From Nemertoderma westbladi (Eukaryota > Animalia > Xenacoelomorpha): DNA of 38,668 bases. The stretch's first letter is position 1. Every line of letters begins with the position of its first letter. Positions 38,524-38,668 of the stretch are shown here, one piece after another. The notes beneath the pieces are model-generated. The model saw nothing but the letters and a program-made list of their open reading frames with translations. It did no database searches and was not told the DNA's origin. The stretch lies in contig JAUCBJ010004937.1 of assembly GCA_032718475.1 (NCBI GenBank), positions 1 through 38,668 of the forward strand, read 5' to 3'. Made by a program: the position numbers and the translations under genes.

Positions 38524-38668
38524 GTAAGTTCGGGTTAATGGGAGTCCCACAATAGGACAGCCGGTGTATCTAAACTACCGAGTCCCAGAGTGGGACAGCT
38601 TGGACATGTTTTTCTGGTCCCTTCGCAACTGTCGATCTTACCTCATTAATGGACAGTATAACTTCAGG

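Overview
Eukaryotic (animal) genomic DNA. The window is an internal part of a + strand LDL-receptor-family gene most similar to megalin/LRP2. Ten exons (14477-38523) splice in one continuous reading frame through GT-AG junctions and encode YWTD propeller - EGF - YWTD propeller - EGF - the first four LDLa repeats of a cluster. About 31 kb of the 38.7 kb is three intronic minisatellites (45/65/21-bp units, 33-bp units, 47-bp units). The main observation is that each array is an amplified copy of one of the gene's own exon-intron junctions. The 33-bp unit is the last 20 nt of an exon plus its donor. The 47-bp unit is branch point + pyrimidine tract + acceptor, and the last copy is the real acceptor. 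The 45/65-bp unit is an in-frame coding segment plus donor, possibly a whole 23-nt microexon. A 2-3-copy early-stage example sits at a fourth junction. A homocysteine S-methyltransferase (MmuM/HMT family) gene with an uninterrupted CDS is nested antisense in one intron. The many ORFs predicted inside the arrays are artefacts. Copy numbers are estimates from array length, and protein similarities are from recall, not from searches.
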